Assembly: GCA_000002445.1 (NCBI GenBank)
Contig: CH464491.1
Span: forward strand, 1,856,001-1,920,000
Direction: 5' to 3'
Origin: Trypanosoma brucei
Taxonomy: Eukaryota
Length of the DNA: 64,000 nt
The notes below the pieces were generated by a model, which saw only the letters and a program-made list of their open reading frames with translations, was not told where the DNA came from and made no database searches. Positions 33,135-43,888 of the stretch are shown one piece after another. The translations under genes and the position numbers were made by a program. Within the stretch, counting starts at the first letter, position 1, and each line of letters begins with the position of its first letter.

Positions 33135-34931
33135 CTAACAAAGTGTTGCGGGGTCGACATTTTTCCACTTCCGCCACGGCCCGTTGGCAAACGTGTTAAC
33201 GATAAAGGAGCTAACCTCCAAAACAAAGAGAGAATGCCTCACCCCACAAAGGGTGTCATTAACTCGCTCAACTTTCCACCTGACCGTTAGGTCCACACCG
33301 GAAACTCCGGCAGGGCACATCAGCACGCTCCCGGTGCGGAGGATGACGGTGGGAAGAATTAAGGAATCTTTCGTCTTCCCTGCACCTAGCTGGCCATGCA
33401 TGTTATCACCGAACCCAACTACCGTAGTATTGTCCAGTTGAATGAGAAAATGCTCCCGCCCCACAATATTATGAACACAGTTCACAGGTTCGGCATCCGA
33501 TGGTAATGGTAGTGGCACCCATGTTTTTGAAAATGAGTCTTCCTCACCCAAACCAATCAAACCACTACCCATAACTTCGATCTCCGTTAGCAGTTGCGGA
33601 GCTTTATGGTAGCGGAACATTATCTCGTTCCCTGCGTGAAGGGTGACGGCTTCAGCCTCCTCACGTGGAACTGATGAGGCGTCATCCTCCACCTCGTTGC
33701 AGTAGTAGCAACCCCAATGAAAGGTCCGAACGTGGTCTGTGTCACAACTGCCATCTCCCGGTGCGGACTTGCACCTCACGGTTACGGCGGAATGCAGATG
33801 CATTGCTTGGAGATCAACCACCTCGAGGGAGCCTGTGCCCGCTTGGGTGCTCAAACATTCAAGTAAGACCGGAAGTCCAACAGGTTGGAACCTCTCTGAC
33901 GAAAACGCAGCCCGCCTCTGCTTCTTTGGTTTCCACTGCCTTTCCTTATCATCAATACAAGCAGATGCTTCTGTTTCCATAGGATCCACCCCCTGGGTTT
34001 TGCGCGCCGCATTTTGCAAAGCAGATTGCATCGTCTTGGCTTTTGCCTGCAAAATGGACCACATATCACCATCATAGCCAAGCTCACCAAAATCCCCCTT
34101 TCCAGCGGCCAGAACAAGCAAGGGGTGGCTACGATGCTGTGCAACACTATCATCAGCTTCGCCAGTTGCCAGCGTTGCGTCGCGCAGGGCCAGCAGCGTG
34201 TGGTGAGTGCCACAGCTAACGTGAGTTAGCTGACCCCTTTTTAATAAATCATAAGCACCAGCAGCATCCTCACGACCGCCGCATTGGTCAGCGGTGTTGC
34301 TGGCATCACCATTCACCTGAAGGGCAGATAACACGAGGGTAAAAGAAAAAAGGCCATCATCACATGGCAAACCCAGCTGGCCATCCTCATTTTTGCCGCA
34401 GGCATACAAACCATCTTCCGTCCATGCAAAAGTGTGATATGCGCCACAAACGATATCCTTTGTATTCTTTCCATCGAAGAAGGGGATGCGTGTGGGGACT
34501 GACACGCACGCCGGCGAGCCGCGGCCCATGCCAAGCTGTCCATTCTCGTTGAGACCCCAGCCGTACACTCCCTCAGTCGTGATGACAAAATTGTGATAAC
34601 CACCGACACGTACCGTTCGGATGTTTCCCAATGGTCGACCATCGCTGTCAGCACTTCCCAGGAAAAAAGGAATTAGAACGACCTTGTACTGCGTATCGCT
34701 GATGCCAATGCCCAACCTTCCGTCGTTACCGCATCCGCAGACGGCAATGACAGTACTGGTTGCTGCTTCGGTGGGTTCCGGTGTATTTTCTGTGACACAA
34801 GAAACGCGTTCTTCCATTCTTTTATATATGTGTTGATTTGTTAATGCAGAGGCCTGAGGTAAACTAGTGTGTGTGTGCAGTGGGGGAAGTAGATGATGAA
34901 CAGTATATCGTGATGCGAATGAATATAACAA
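33135..34931 (-). CDS. RCC1-repeat (regulator of chromosome condensation-like) protein (probable true start MEERVSC... near 34817)
   Basis: RCC1 blades: CGCGNDGRLGIG, GGYHNFVITTEGVYGWGLNENGQLGMG, CGAYHTFAWTEDGLYACGKNEDGQLGLP, CGTHHTLLAL. Confidence 0.75.
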   Translation of the reverse strand: MLYSFASRYTVHHLLPPLHTHTSLPQASALTNQHIYKRMEERVSCVTENTPEPTEAATSTVIAVCGCGNDGRLGIGISDTQYKVVLIPFFLGSADSDGRPLGNIRTVRVGGYHNFVITTEGVYGWGLNENGQLGMGRGSPACVSVPTRIPFFDGKNTKDIVCGAYHTFAWTEDGLYACGKNEDGQLGLPCDDGLFSFTLVLSALQVNGDASNTADQCGGREDAAGAYDLLKRGQLTHVSCGTHHTLLALRDATLATGEADDSVAQHRSHPLLVLAAGKGDFGELGYDGDMWSILQAKAKTMQSALQNAARKTQGVDPMETEASACIDDKERQWKPKKQRRAAFSSERFQPVGLPVLLECLSTQAGTGSLEVVDLQAMHLHSAVTVRCKSAPGDGSCDTDHVRTFHWGCYYCNEVEDDASSVPREEAEAVTLHAGNEIMFRYHKAPQLLTEIEVMGSGLIGLGEEDSFSKTWVPLPLPSDAEPVNCVHNIVGREHFLIQLDNTTVVGFGDNMHGQLGAGKTKDSLILPTVILRTGSVLMCPAGVSGVDLTVRWKVERVNDTLCGVRHSLFVLEVSSFIVNTFANGPWRKWKNVDPATLC

Positions 34932-35341
34932 TACTGATTGCGATTGTGCAAACTCTACCGTTCATCCGCATAATGAACTGTTACCCAGAGGTACGAGCAC
35001 AGAATTTACGTTTATTCGCGATATGCATACCGACATGCATTTTCTTGTTACCTTTTTTTAAAAAAAATAAGATAGGCGCGTGCGCGTGCATGACATCCGG
35101 ATGCAGGTTGCACAAGGACATATCCCTCGACGTCCCGCTTCGAGAGGACCCTTCTGCACTGGTGGTGCCTCGTATCCTTCATCACGCGTACCAGTTAATT
35201 AACGTGAGCTTCATTTGGTCACTATTTGATTATTCAGCCGGCCTCCAACTATACTGCGACTTTTATACTCCTCCGCCGTGAGAGCTATGAACCCCTATAT
35301 TCCCCCCTCATATTCGTCCAATCACTGATGCTTCATACAGT

Positions 35342-37693
35342 TTATTCCGTCCATGCTGATACAACACCATCTTCGGTTGAGGTGAATATCCATGGAAGCG
35401 TTGGATGCCAGGCGACGGAGTAGACAGCCCTGCGATGCTTCAGAATCTTTACCGGAACCAGAAGTGCGTTCTTATTGTAATCATCGTATACCATGCCGTG
35501 GAACACATGCACCTGCCCATCTGCCGCACCCGATGCAAACAACGGATAGGCATTTGTATTCGTGTGGAAAGCCACTGCGTTGACGACGCCCTTGTGCGAT
35601 CGCATGCGCTTGTAAGGCTTGTCCGAGAAGTCGCAATCATACCATTGCGTGTGGCTCGTCGTATCGCCAACTAAGAAGTTATCACCTTCAGTGTGGATAG
35701 AAAGGCACGTAGTGATGCCTCCCGGCGCCTTGTATCTGCGTTGCAATTTGTGCGCGAGAAGATTGTACATTCGCACAGAGTTTGTTGTCGAAAGGAAGAA
35801 GAGCGGCTCACGTGGATGGAACTTGCAGTCTGTAACCACCTCAGAGAACTTGCGAAATGGGCAGAAAACCTTTCGTTTAGATAATTGTAGCATCACAGTT
35901 TGACGGTACTTGACGTGGTCCTTCGGACACAGGGCACAGAGGTAGTCACCACGGGCGTGGAAGGTAAAGCGCTTCACCTTCGCATGCAGGGCAATCTTCA
36001 AAACAATGCCAGCGCGGCGTTCCTTTGCTGAGGCGTCGAAAAATTCGGCACGTTTGTCTCGTTCCTCCACATCGTGCAGGTCTTGTAGGATAGAATGGGC
36101 CGTCTCATCCTTGTCAAGTGCTGCCTGAGTGATGCCACCACCCCCAAGAGACACTTCACCACCAACAACTTGTTCAACCTCGGTATTGTTAACCGCGGTG
36201 CCAGGGGCCCGAAGGTGTCGTAGTGTATTCTCATTTACCAGTTCGTGTGCAGCAAACCTCGGTACAATAAACACGAGACTGTATTCCACTGCCACTGCCA
36301 ATATATTTAGTGTCTTTACGGGACAGAACTCTACTTGCTGCACAGGTGCACCCATATCGTATCGCTTCATCAGTCGCCCAGTCATTACCTCATAGACACG
36401 CACTAAATGGTCATCGCAGGCAGTTGCCAGATATTGGCCGTTAGGGTTGACTGCAACGCTGCGCACCGTCGCGGTATGGCCTTTATACTGGAAGGACAAC
36501 CTCTCGGGATATGGCCGAAGATCCCTTGGGTCTGGAAGCTCAGGCAGTAACTTGGAGGGATCCACCACAAGTCGAGTACGTTGCGCTCGCGGAAAGAACG
36601 CAAGATCGAGACATCGCTGGTACCGATCTTGTATAGTGTGATTATAAAAGGGCACATGCCGTAGGGCATCAAAGGCGCGCGGAAGGAAGTGCTCTTTCTT
36701 GTCAATTGCGCGCAGCCGGGCAAAGCGTTCCTTCGCCCTCTCACTTGGGAGGTACTCAGGCGGCGGCCGGTAACTTTCATATGTACCAGGTGGTGCGGCT
36801 TTGGGTTTCGGAACGCGGTTATGATATTTGAAGTGAGTGTGCGTGTCCATAACCACTTTCCCATCATCCCAAAGTATTGTTGTTTCACTTTCTGTTTCAT
36901 CTTTGGGTTTGTTCTCCTTCTCTTTGTCTTCCTTCATCATGCGACGTACCATCTTGGCAATAGTTTTCATATCACGATCGGACGGAAGGAACTTCCTCTT
37001 CGACGGTCCGGCGCTTCGAGCCAGTGGGTGGTTGAGTGGATCAAATTCAACCGTGTCGACCGCAACGTCCTCGTACATGTTGTAGTTCGGATTGGGCGTA
37101 CGATTCCGTTGGAGGTTAAATATCATTTGTAGGTCTGCGTTGCTCAGTACCTTTTTCTCATCGTGCAGGGCGTCGTAAATGGTGCGCATAGCGTTCGGGT
37201 CATCTGTTGCTTCCAACAAACGTTCCAACGCCGACCGTTCACTCTTCATCAACTTGCGACCTTCAACGTCATACCCGTAGTGGGCTTCGTCTTTATACCA
37301 CTCAAGAGGAATGTCGCCTACACGATTGAGTGTGGCTTCATCTTCGCTACTATCCGACTCATCCAACTTCTGAGTTGCGCCGATGCGAATAACATCACAG
37401 TCGGGACCCCCTTGTGGTTCAACCAACTCCTGGGCGTCAGGAAAGAGAAACACTTCATCATCGCTCTCCCTATCGCTCCATATCAACTCATCCCGCAGAT
37501 CCGTGGCGTTTGTCTGAGAGCTTGTCAACACTTCATCGCCGTTGCCTCCCTCCCCAGGAGACGGTGGCGGCGTGGTGGACAGGTCTGGCTTTTGTTTACC
37601 TGAATCATCGACGGCTCTGGGTGATGGTGAGGGCGTCTTGTGTACTCTGCTCGTGACCCGCGACGTGGGCTCACGCTTCTTGACCATCGACAC
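35342..37693 (-). CDS. BOP1: Ribosome biogenesis protein BOP1/Erb1 (BOP1NT domain plus WD40 repeats)
   Basis: BOP1 N-terminal domain: IPLEWYKDEAHYGYDVEGRKLMKSERSALERLLEATDDPNAMRTIYDALHDEKKVLSNADLQMIFNLQRNRTPNPNYNMYEDVAVDTVEFDPLNHPL. WD40 repeats follow: GHTATVRSVAVNPNGQYLATACDDHLVRVYEV, AVYSVAWHPTLPWIFTSTEDGVVSAW. Confidence 0.8.
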   Translation of the reverse strand: MSMVKKREPTSRVTSRVHKTPSPSPRAVDDSGKQKPDLSTTPPPSPGEGGNGDEVLTSSQTNATDLRDELIWSDRESDDEVFLFPDAQELVEPQGGPDCDVIRIGATQKLDESDSSEDEATLNRVGDIPLEWYKDEAHYGYDVEGRKLMKSERSALERLLEATDDPNAMRTIYDALHDEKKVLSNADLQMIFNLQRNRTPNPNYNMYEDVAVDTVEFDPLNHPLARSAGPSKRKFLPSDRDMKTIAKMVRRMMKEDKEKENKPKDETESETTILWDDGKVVMDTHTHFKYHNRVPKPKAAPPGTYESYRPPPEYLPSERAKERFARLRAIDKKEHFLPRAFDALRHVPFYNHTIQDRYQRCLDLAFFPRAQRTRLVVDPSKLLPELPDPRDLRPYPERLSFQYKGHTATVRSVAVNPNGQYLATACDDHLVRVYEVMTGRLMKRYDMGAPVQQVEFCPVKTLNILAVAVEYSLVFIVPRFAAHELVNENTLRHLRAPGTAVNNTEVEQVVGGEVSLGGGGITQAALDKDETAHSILQDLHDVEERDKRAEFFDASAKERRAGIVLKIALHAKVKRFTFHARGDYLCALCPKDHVKYRQTVMLQLSKRKVFCPFRKFSEVVTDCKFHPREPLFFLSTTNSVRMYNLLAHKLQRRYKAPGGITTCLSIHTEGDNFLVGDTTSHTQWYDCDFSDKPYKRMRSHKGVVNAVAFHTNTNAYPLFASGAADGQVHVFHGMVYDDYNKNALLVPVKILKHRRAVYSVAWHPTLPWIFTSTEDGVVSAWTE

Positions 37694-38055
37694 TAGCTGT
37701 TGAAGAGTACAAAATGATAGCGGAAGAATTAAAGAACAGTTATTTGGATGGACTCGGGAAGGGATTCACGCGCTCATTTACACACAACGTTCGCAACATG
37801 AAAGGAATGATAACTTTAGATGTGTGATCAAGAACGACTTTCCGCATGTCATTCGCAAGCAAACAGTTAATAAGCGGCTTTAATTTCAAGACTTCTTCTA
37901 TCTTCCAATATAAAAAGGCGCATACTAATGCACACACATAGACGTTGTTTAAAGCAATCAGACATTTACGCAGATCCAGTTTTCTATAATAAGTTGTACA
38001 CCTGCTTCCATCGCACAAGTGGGGAAAAAGAAAGGGTAGTCTAAGAAACGTACTT

Positions 38056-39222
38056 TCATGATCCGCGTGAAGTTGAACTCGATTGTCCACGGGTTCGCAT
38101 GCCCTCCTGGGGGCACTCCTGCATCCTAATCTTGAGTTGCTCGGACTCGGAAAGGAATCGTCGAAAGGGCCCACGAAGGAACGCCATTGCCATTTCGTGC
38201 ACTTCTTCTGTACAAGACCTGGTTTCACACCTTCCGTTACTATCGTGCCCCCCTTTGCTCGACAGGGCAAGTTGCCGACGAAGCGCATCATTCTCTTCTC
38301 TGAGAGAGCGATTGAGGGCCTTTTGAGTTCTCAGTTGCTCTTCCATTCTCGCGAGTCCGGACACGGCACTTCTCACGGCACTTTTTACCTCCGAAACTGA
38401 AAGCCCATCCAGTGCTTCCGCTACGCCCCTCCCGGACGCCCTCTCTAAAACCTCACCAACTGCCTCAGACCGTCCGTTAGAAACCAACCACCGTTGACCA
38501 CCACTACGTTTCGAGTGTGAAGAAGCCGTAATAACGCCAGCAACGCTTGAGGTCATCTCTGCTTGCACGAGGCTGTGTGTCAGTTCATCAATACGGTGCT
38601 TCTGCAACGAGATTACCCCGTGGAGTCGTTTTATCTCCTCTTCAGCAATAGCTACCTCCCTTTCACGCATCTCAGCCCGACACCGAAATTCTCGCACTTC
38701 CTTTTCTCTATCCAAAAGGCAGCGTTGTAGCCTTCGAGCCCAATCACGTTTAGCGGTCGACTCACTACTGGTGATGCCACTTCCATTGCTAAATGCGCTA
38801 ACCGTCAACCGCTTGCCGTTACGGTTCTCCTTCGGTGTAAACCTAATTGCATCAACGGATGTGGATCGCGAGGGAGTTGCTCCCGCACCCGGATTTTCCC
38901 TTGCGTCGGGCGATGACGATCCATGCCAAAAATCGACACCCTCTGGGGGTGAAGTTGAGCTCGAACCCAGAACGTGAAGTACGTGCGCGTTATGCAGGCG
39001 ACTCTCTCCACTTGTTGGTGTGCGTGTCTTTTCCCTTACCGGCGGCGAAGTGGTGTCTAATTTCTGTGGTTTCACAGTTCGATACGACTGCTGCCTTTGC
39101 CCGCTGCATGGTCGTGACCCCGTAGTGGAGAGGGAAGAGGCGAGCAGTGTTGAAACGGAGGGGTCTTCCGGGAGTTGACGGTTCATTGCAGCGCCGTTAG
39201 GCGAAGTGGCAACGGCCATCAC
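38056..39222 (-). CDS. Coiled-coil hypothetical protein
   Basis: 388-aa ORF. Heptad-rich central region: EKEVREFRCRAEMREREVAIAEEEIKRLHGVISLQKHRIDELTHSLVQAEM ... EEQLRTQKALNRSLREENDALRRQLAL. The overlapping 37740..38291 ORF in another frame is considered spurious. Confidence 0.55.
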   Translation of the reverse strand: MMAVATSPNGAAMNRQLPEDPSVSTLLASSLSTTGSRPCSGQRQQSYRTVKPQKLDTTSPPVREKTRTPTSGESRLHNAHVLHVLGSSSTSPPEGVDFWHGSSSPDARENPGAGATPSRSTSVDAIRFTPKENRNGKRLTVSAFSNGSGITSSESTAKRDWARRLQRCLLDREKEVREFRCRAEMREREVAIAEEEIKRLHGVISLQKHRIDELTHSLVQAEMTSSVAGVITASSHSKRSGGQRWLVSNGRSEAVGEVLERASGRGVAEALDGLSVSEVKSAVRSAVSGLARMEEQLRTQKALNRSLREENDALRRQLALSSKGGHDSNGRCETRSCTEEVHEMAMAFLRGPFRRFLSESEQLKIRMQECPQEGMRTRGQSSSTSRGS

Positions 39223-40629
39223 TAATGCCTAAACGCGTAGGCGCGAAAAGGCAAGAAAAGTAACTAAGAACTTCAATGTGAACAAAAAATACATATACGT
39301 GTATGCAAGAGAGTGAATGGACGTATGTGAGAGCGAGTATGTAGATGGACGTTCCATGCCAAGCAGACAGTGACTCCGCAAGGCGGTATTGGTAATTAAA
39401 CAGAGCAAGTCACAGGTGTCAAAACTCTTTTTTATCATCAGGCCGCGTGACAAGGCGACAGCGGCAGCACCGTTATCGGCAGAGAGAAAAGACCGAGGAC
39501 GCAAAGTAAAACGGAGGAAAGGCGTAGGCAGTGAGGGAAATGGGGTACAAAGCACTGGAGAAATGATTCAGTAGAACCAGCAGCACTTACAAAACCAAAT
39601 GTGACTCCTTCCCCTTGGTGTATTACTTATCGTTTGGGTGAGCTGGAATAAGAAAGAACCCTCTTTGGGTAGTTAAAACTCCCCCTTAGTCAGCAGCCCC
39701 CTCCTCCTCTCCCTGTGTGTGTGTGTGTTTGTGGGGGATGAGAAACAACAAACTATCATAACTGTCCAGTAATTACAGGGTACACAACGGCCAAACAAAA
39801 AAAAACATCTATCAACGACCCACTTCCTTCCCCACTGCTGCGCTTACTGCTAATGCTATAGTAAGCATATTTCAGACAGGTGTTCTTTACACTTCATCGT
39901 GTCGGTTATTTAAGTATAAGAGTATACAGATACAACTACTCACGTGTGTGGAGGGCAAACACGCAAATAAATGTGTGCTTCTTAGTGAAGAAACAACAAC
40001 AACAAAAACAAAAACAGCAACCTCACCTTCGACTGCGGGAAAGCTTTCTTGGTTCCCACAAGGAGCGCTGCCCAGCCATCCTCCTTTTTAAAAGGAAGAA
40101 AAACCTACTTTCTTTTCCTTATTTGTTTCAGTTTGTCGATTTGTATTCCCTTCCCCCCTCCCCCCTTCCCATGACGGTTACATTACATATATTACACATC
40201 TTTCTCTGTATTCACCTTCCTTCTCCTTTTTCATCGTTTCCCCTTAACTCCTGCTCTCTCTCTCTCTATATATATATCCCTCTCTTCTCATCCCCTGGCC
40301 CGTGCATACTTTTGCATGGCTGGGAGAATTTCCCCTTTCGTAGTCGGTGTCCCTCGCCCAATTCGCCATCCTTACTTCCTCACCCATAGTTATTACCATC
40401 TCCGCTATTTCCCTATTCACATAGGTAAGGCACTTTCCCCTGACTACGGACGCTTACAGGTAAGACAAAAAAAACCAAAGTCAAAGTGTGGTGTGCGTAT
40501 AAACAAAAAAAAATAATAATAATAATTGGGAAACGAGCGGTTAAGCTCCACGAGACGAAATGTAGCAGAAGTGGCACTGTGTAAACGCACAGATACACGT
40601 GTAGAAGAGCAACAAAAGCACTATGGCTC

Positions 40630-43600
40630 CTACTCATCCAAATGGAATGAATCTTCTCTTTCCGCATTCTCTTGTGTGGTCGATATCTCGCATTCCGCCT
40701 CCTGATCGAGGCGTTTCTGTAAGCTTCGTAGGGCCTCTATACGATCCGCTGTCGGCGACTCAGGCGGGGAAGTGGTTATTAGTCCTGGTGACGCCTTTCC
40801 TACAGGCGAGAGAATCCTTGCAGACACGACGTGTGTTTTCCGCAGTCCAACTCCCAGATCCGCGGTAGCACCCCTACCGTGTCCATCGGATTCCCTTCCT
40901 GTTGTCACTGTCACCACCTTCTCGGCAAGTGTGCTGTCAGGCAAGCAAACACGATTCATGAGAGTTGGCCGACGCTCCTTCTGATGCACCACAACGTTTG
41001 CAAGCTCCATTGATGGAGGCAGTTGAGGTGGTCGCAGCAGTGGTGCCTGTGGCACCGTAGTCCCCTGGTTTAGTTCGAGTGGCGTTTTTTGTACTTGGGC
41101 GCCGGGTGTCGGTGTGGGTGTTGTTGTGCCTGTCACACGACGAGTCTTCCTGTAGCTTGGGGAAGCCTCCTGAGGCCTCTGCCTTTGCCCTAGACGCAAA
41201 ACACCAGCAGCGCTTTGTACGGACCCTTCTCCAATGGCCTCAGGTGCCCCACCTCGACCGCTACGTTCCGCTGTGGATCCTCCTGACTGGGAAGGCTGCA
41301 AGCTGCCGGCCACTGATGTGGTGTCCACCCGCCGCAATCGGTCGTCGGCCCCTGGGACGAGGGGACCCGAGCAGAGAGCACGTGCCTGCGCCAGAATCAT
41401 GTCATAGAGTGCCTGCCAGTCGCTATTGTCTGAAGGATAAATGCGGCGGAAGTTGCGCAACCGAGAGTCTTCAGCAGCGCGGCGGCCCTCAACTGTTTTC
41501 TCCCACTCAGTCATCCCATCCTGAGTGCTGGAACTCCCTGCTCCCGTTGCGTTGCTTGCTTGATTTGCATTCGAGGAGGAGCCATTTGTGGCGACACCAT
41601 TTGCTGTATCACCGGAATTCTGTCGCTTCTGCGCCGTCGTTGTGTGTGTATTGGCGGTGTTCACCGGTGGTCGCATCATTCGCTGGATAAACTCATCACG
41701 CTCTTTCCGCTCGTCGCGCTTCCTGTCCGTCACCTTCACGTCGAGAATATCCCATACCTCACTAATAAGTGCATGTTTCACCTCGTAGTCCAGAGGTGTA
41801 TCGGTAACGAGCGACGGTGTGTGGTTTACCTCCATTAGCCATGGCTTCATTTTGTTATCCACCAAAATATCAAAACCAAGCACCTCAAAACAGCTATACC
41901 CACTATTGTGTCTTGGGAAGCAAGAGTTGTACACATTTGCAATCTGTGGCTGCGCAACCAGGATAGTTTTGCAGATGACGTGCGCCACGCGAGCCCAAAA
42001 CTGTTCTACGGACTTGCCACAGCTTTCCAGCCATTCGTTGAAAAACTTGAAGTTACGCTTGTTGCCCACATTGCAATTAGCCGGATCATCGTTGAATACA
42101 TACTCGGGATTATGTTTGTTGACGGCGTAGTTTGTCAGATGCTTACACGTGTTCTTTACATTCGCATCTGTGGGCCGTTCATAAAGTTCTGCGCACTGCC
42201 GGACAAGCCCATCATTGAAAAGAAATATCGAGGGCGCTCTGATGGACGTTAGCAGCACGTAAACGCGCAGATCAAACTTCCGTCCTTCAAGAAGCAGTGG
42301 ACGGGTAATGTACTCCTGCACAATGTAATTATCAAGATCTTCTACGGCGTTGAGAGGATCACGCGTTATCATAATTCCTCGGCCCTGGCAGCCAGAATTC
42401 GGTTTCATAATGAAAAACTTCGACAATTTCTTGCTGCGTAGGGCCATCAGAAAACGAGCAAACTGGTGCCTCTCGCTCCTAAGCGACCACGTGCGTGGAT
42501 AAAAAATGTAATGTGATGGCATTACTTTCCTCATGCGACCAAGTGTGATGCCTAAGTGCCCTTTCCGACACAACAAATACATTGAGGGGAAGTGATTTGT
42601 CCGCTGCCAGTTGGCCAGCCGGACAAGCCGCGTCAGCGGTAGCACTGTGTCTGACCACACAATATTGAAATTGTTCCTCTCTAGATCGTCCTCCAACTCC
42701 TGAATCTTAAATCCGTTTTCCTGCGCAATGATACGGAGAAGGGGATACTTGCAGAGGGCAAGGTTCACTATTTTGTACTGTGGTCGCGCCCGCCTGGAAC
42801 CCGGCGTTTTGGTGAGGCTATTCAATGGTGTACTTCTCGTACCGGGGCGCTCGAGGTCAGTGAGTCGGAGCGAAGAAAGGGGCGAAAATGGCCCAAAGGC
42901 GCCGATCGCACCTCGTGATACCGTAGAGTTTTTACTACTGTTAGGAGTGGAAACATTTGACTCCAACCTGCTCATGGCGGAACCTGCACTCCTCCGATGA
43001 ACGGGACTTCTCGACGCACTCGAGTCCCGTTCTCTCGTTGTCTCACATGGCGTTCTTTCACCAACTTTACCTGCAGAACCTGCGGAATGCCATCCACGTC
43101 TAATGGGTGAGATGGGTTTCGGCGAAACATTAATCTTCTTGGGTGTCGATATCGACCCGCCTCGCATGTCAATGCCCACCGGCTTCCGAATGGTGCTATG
43201 CTGAATGATGACCGTTTTGTCTTGTTTCTCTACAACTTCCTCTTTGACACTCGTTCCACTCATATCAATCAGCTCCCGTATGGTTTTTTTGGTTGATTTA
43301 GCGAACGGGGAGCCGAGTGTACCAGCATCTAGCCGCGGCCTCGCCATGCTTCCGCTACAACGCCTTCGCGAAGGATTTACTGAGAGGGGAGCGTCCGCAC
43401 GCAGTACACCAACTTTCGACCCCCCATCTTCGGAGATGTGCCCGGTGCCGGCCGCGCCCCCCATTGATTCCTCTCGGACATGCAAGGTTGACGACAGCGT
43501 CTCCGATATTAGGACTGCGGTGGCAACCTGCTTTCGCGGTCTAGCTATTACTGGCTCCATCATGTTCCTCATCCTTTTCTTTTGGCTTGTTTGTGGAACA

Positions 43601-43632
43601 CAAGCAGAGGATATGCAAGGGGAGAATAACAC
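40630..43632 (-). CDS. Tubulin-tyrosine-ligase-like (TTLL) family protein (tubulin polyglutamylase/glycylase-like); true start probably an internal Met
   Basis: TTL-domain motifs: WQRTNHFPSMYLLCRKGHL, FIMKPNSGCQGRGIMI, YIVQEYITRPLLLEGRKFDLRVYVLLTS, IFLFNDGLVRQCAELY, KHLTNYAVNKHN, CFEVLGFDILVDNKMKPWLMEVNHTPSL. Confidence 0.8.
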   Translation of the reverse strand: MLFSPCISSACVPQTSQKKRMRNMMEPVIARPRKQVATAVLISETLSSTLHVREESMGGAAGTGHISEDGGSKVGVLRADAPLSVNPSRRRCSGSMARPRLDAGTLGSPFAKSTKKTIRELIDMSGTSVKEEVVEKQDKTVIIQHSTIRKPVGIDMRGGSISTPKKINVSPKPISPIRRGWHSAGSAGKVGERTPCETTRERDSSASRSPVHRRSAGSAMSRLESNVSTPNSSKNSTVSRGAIGAFGPFSPLSSLRLTDLERPGTRSTPLNSLTKTPGSRRARPQYKIVNLALCKYPLLRIIAQENGFKIQELEDDLERNNFNIVWSDTVLPLTRLVRLANWQRTNHFPSMYLLCRKGHLGITLGRMRKVMPSHYIFYPRTWSLRSERHQFARFLMALRSKKLSKFFIMKPNSGCQGRGIMITRDPLNAVEDLDNYIVQEYITRPLLLEGRKFDLRVYVLLTSIRAPSIFLFNDGLVRQCAELYERPTDANVKNTCKHLTNYAVNKHNPEYVFNDDPANCNVGNKRNFKFFNEWLESCGKSVEQFWARVAHVICKTILVAQPQIANVYNSCFPRHNSGYSCFEVLGFDILVDNKMKPWLMEVNHTPSLVTDTPLDYEVKHALISEVWDILDVKVTDRKRDERKERDEFIQRMMRPPVNTANTHTTTAQKRQNSGDTANGVATNGSSSNANQASNATGAGSSSTQDGMTEWEKTVEGRRAAEDSRLRNFRRIYPSDNSDWQALYDMILAQARALCSGPLVPGADDRLRRVDTTSVAGSLQPSQSGGSTAERSGRGGAPEAIGEGSVQSAAGVLRLGQRQRPQEASPSYRKTRRVTGTTTPTPTPGAQVQKTPLELNQGTTVPQAPLLRPPQLPPSMELANVVVHQKERRPTLMNRVCLPDSTLAEKVVTVTTGRESDGHGRGATADLGVGLRKTHVVSARILSPVGKASPGLITTSPPESPTADRIEALRSLQKRLDQEAECEISTTQENAEREDSFHLDE

Positions 43633-43888
43633 AAGGGAAACACCGAATGAAGCACTAAAGAAAAGCTCTTAATTTGTAACGAGACAAACCCTCTAGCGGA
43701 ACAAGTTTAGGCAGCAGAACACATGCGCCATAAGGTAGTCAAAGACACAAAAGACCCAAGGTGAAAGGTACACCCAGCCACATAGGAAAGTTGTAGACGA
43801 TTCAACATGTAGCTGCATTTGTGTGAGGCTAGTTTGATTAACCACTGCCCCACGCACACCCGTTGAATGTGCTCTGTACATTGGTTTC

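Noticed and set aside
37740-38291. 183-aa ORF overlapping the 3' end of the coiled-coil gene 38056-39222 in another frame
   Set aside because: Overlaps a better-supported ORF. Likely a frame artefact spanning the intergenic region.
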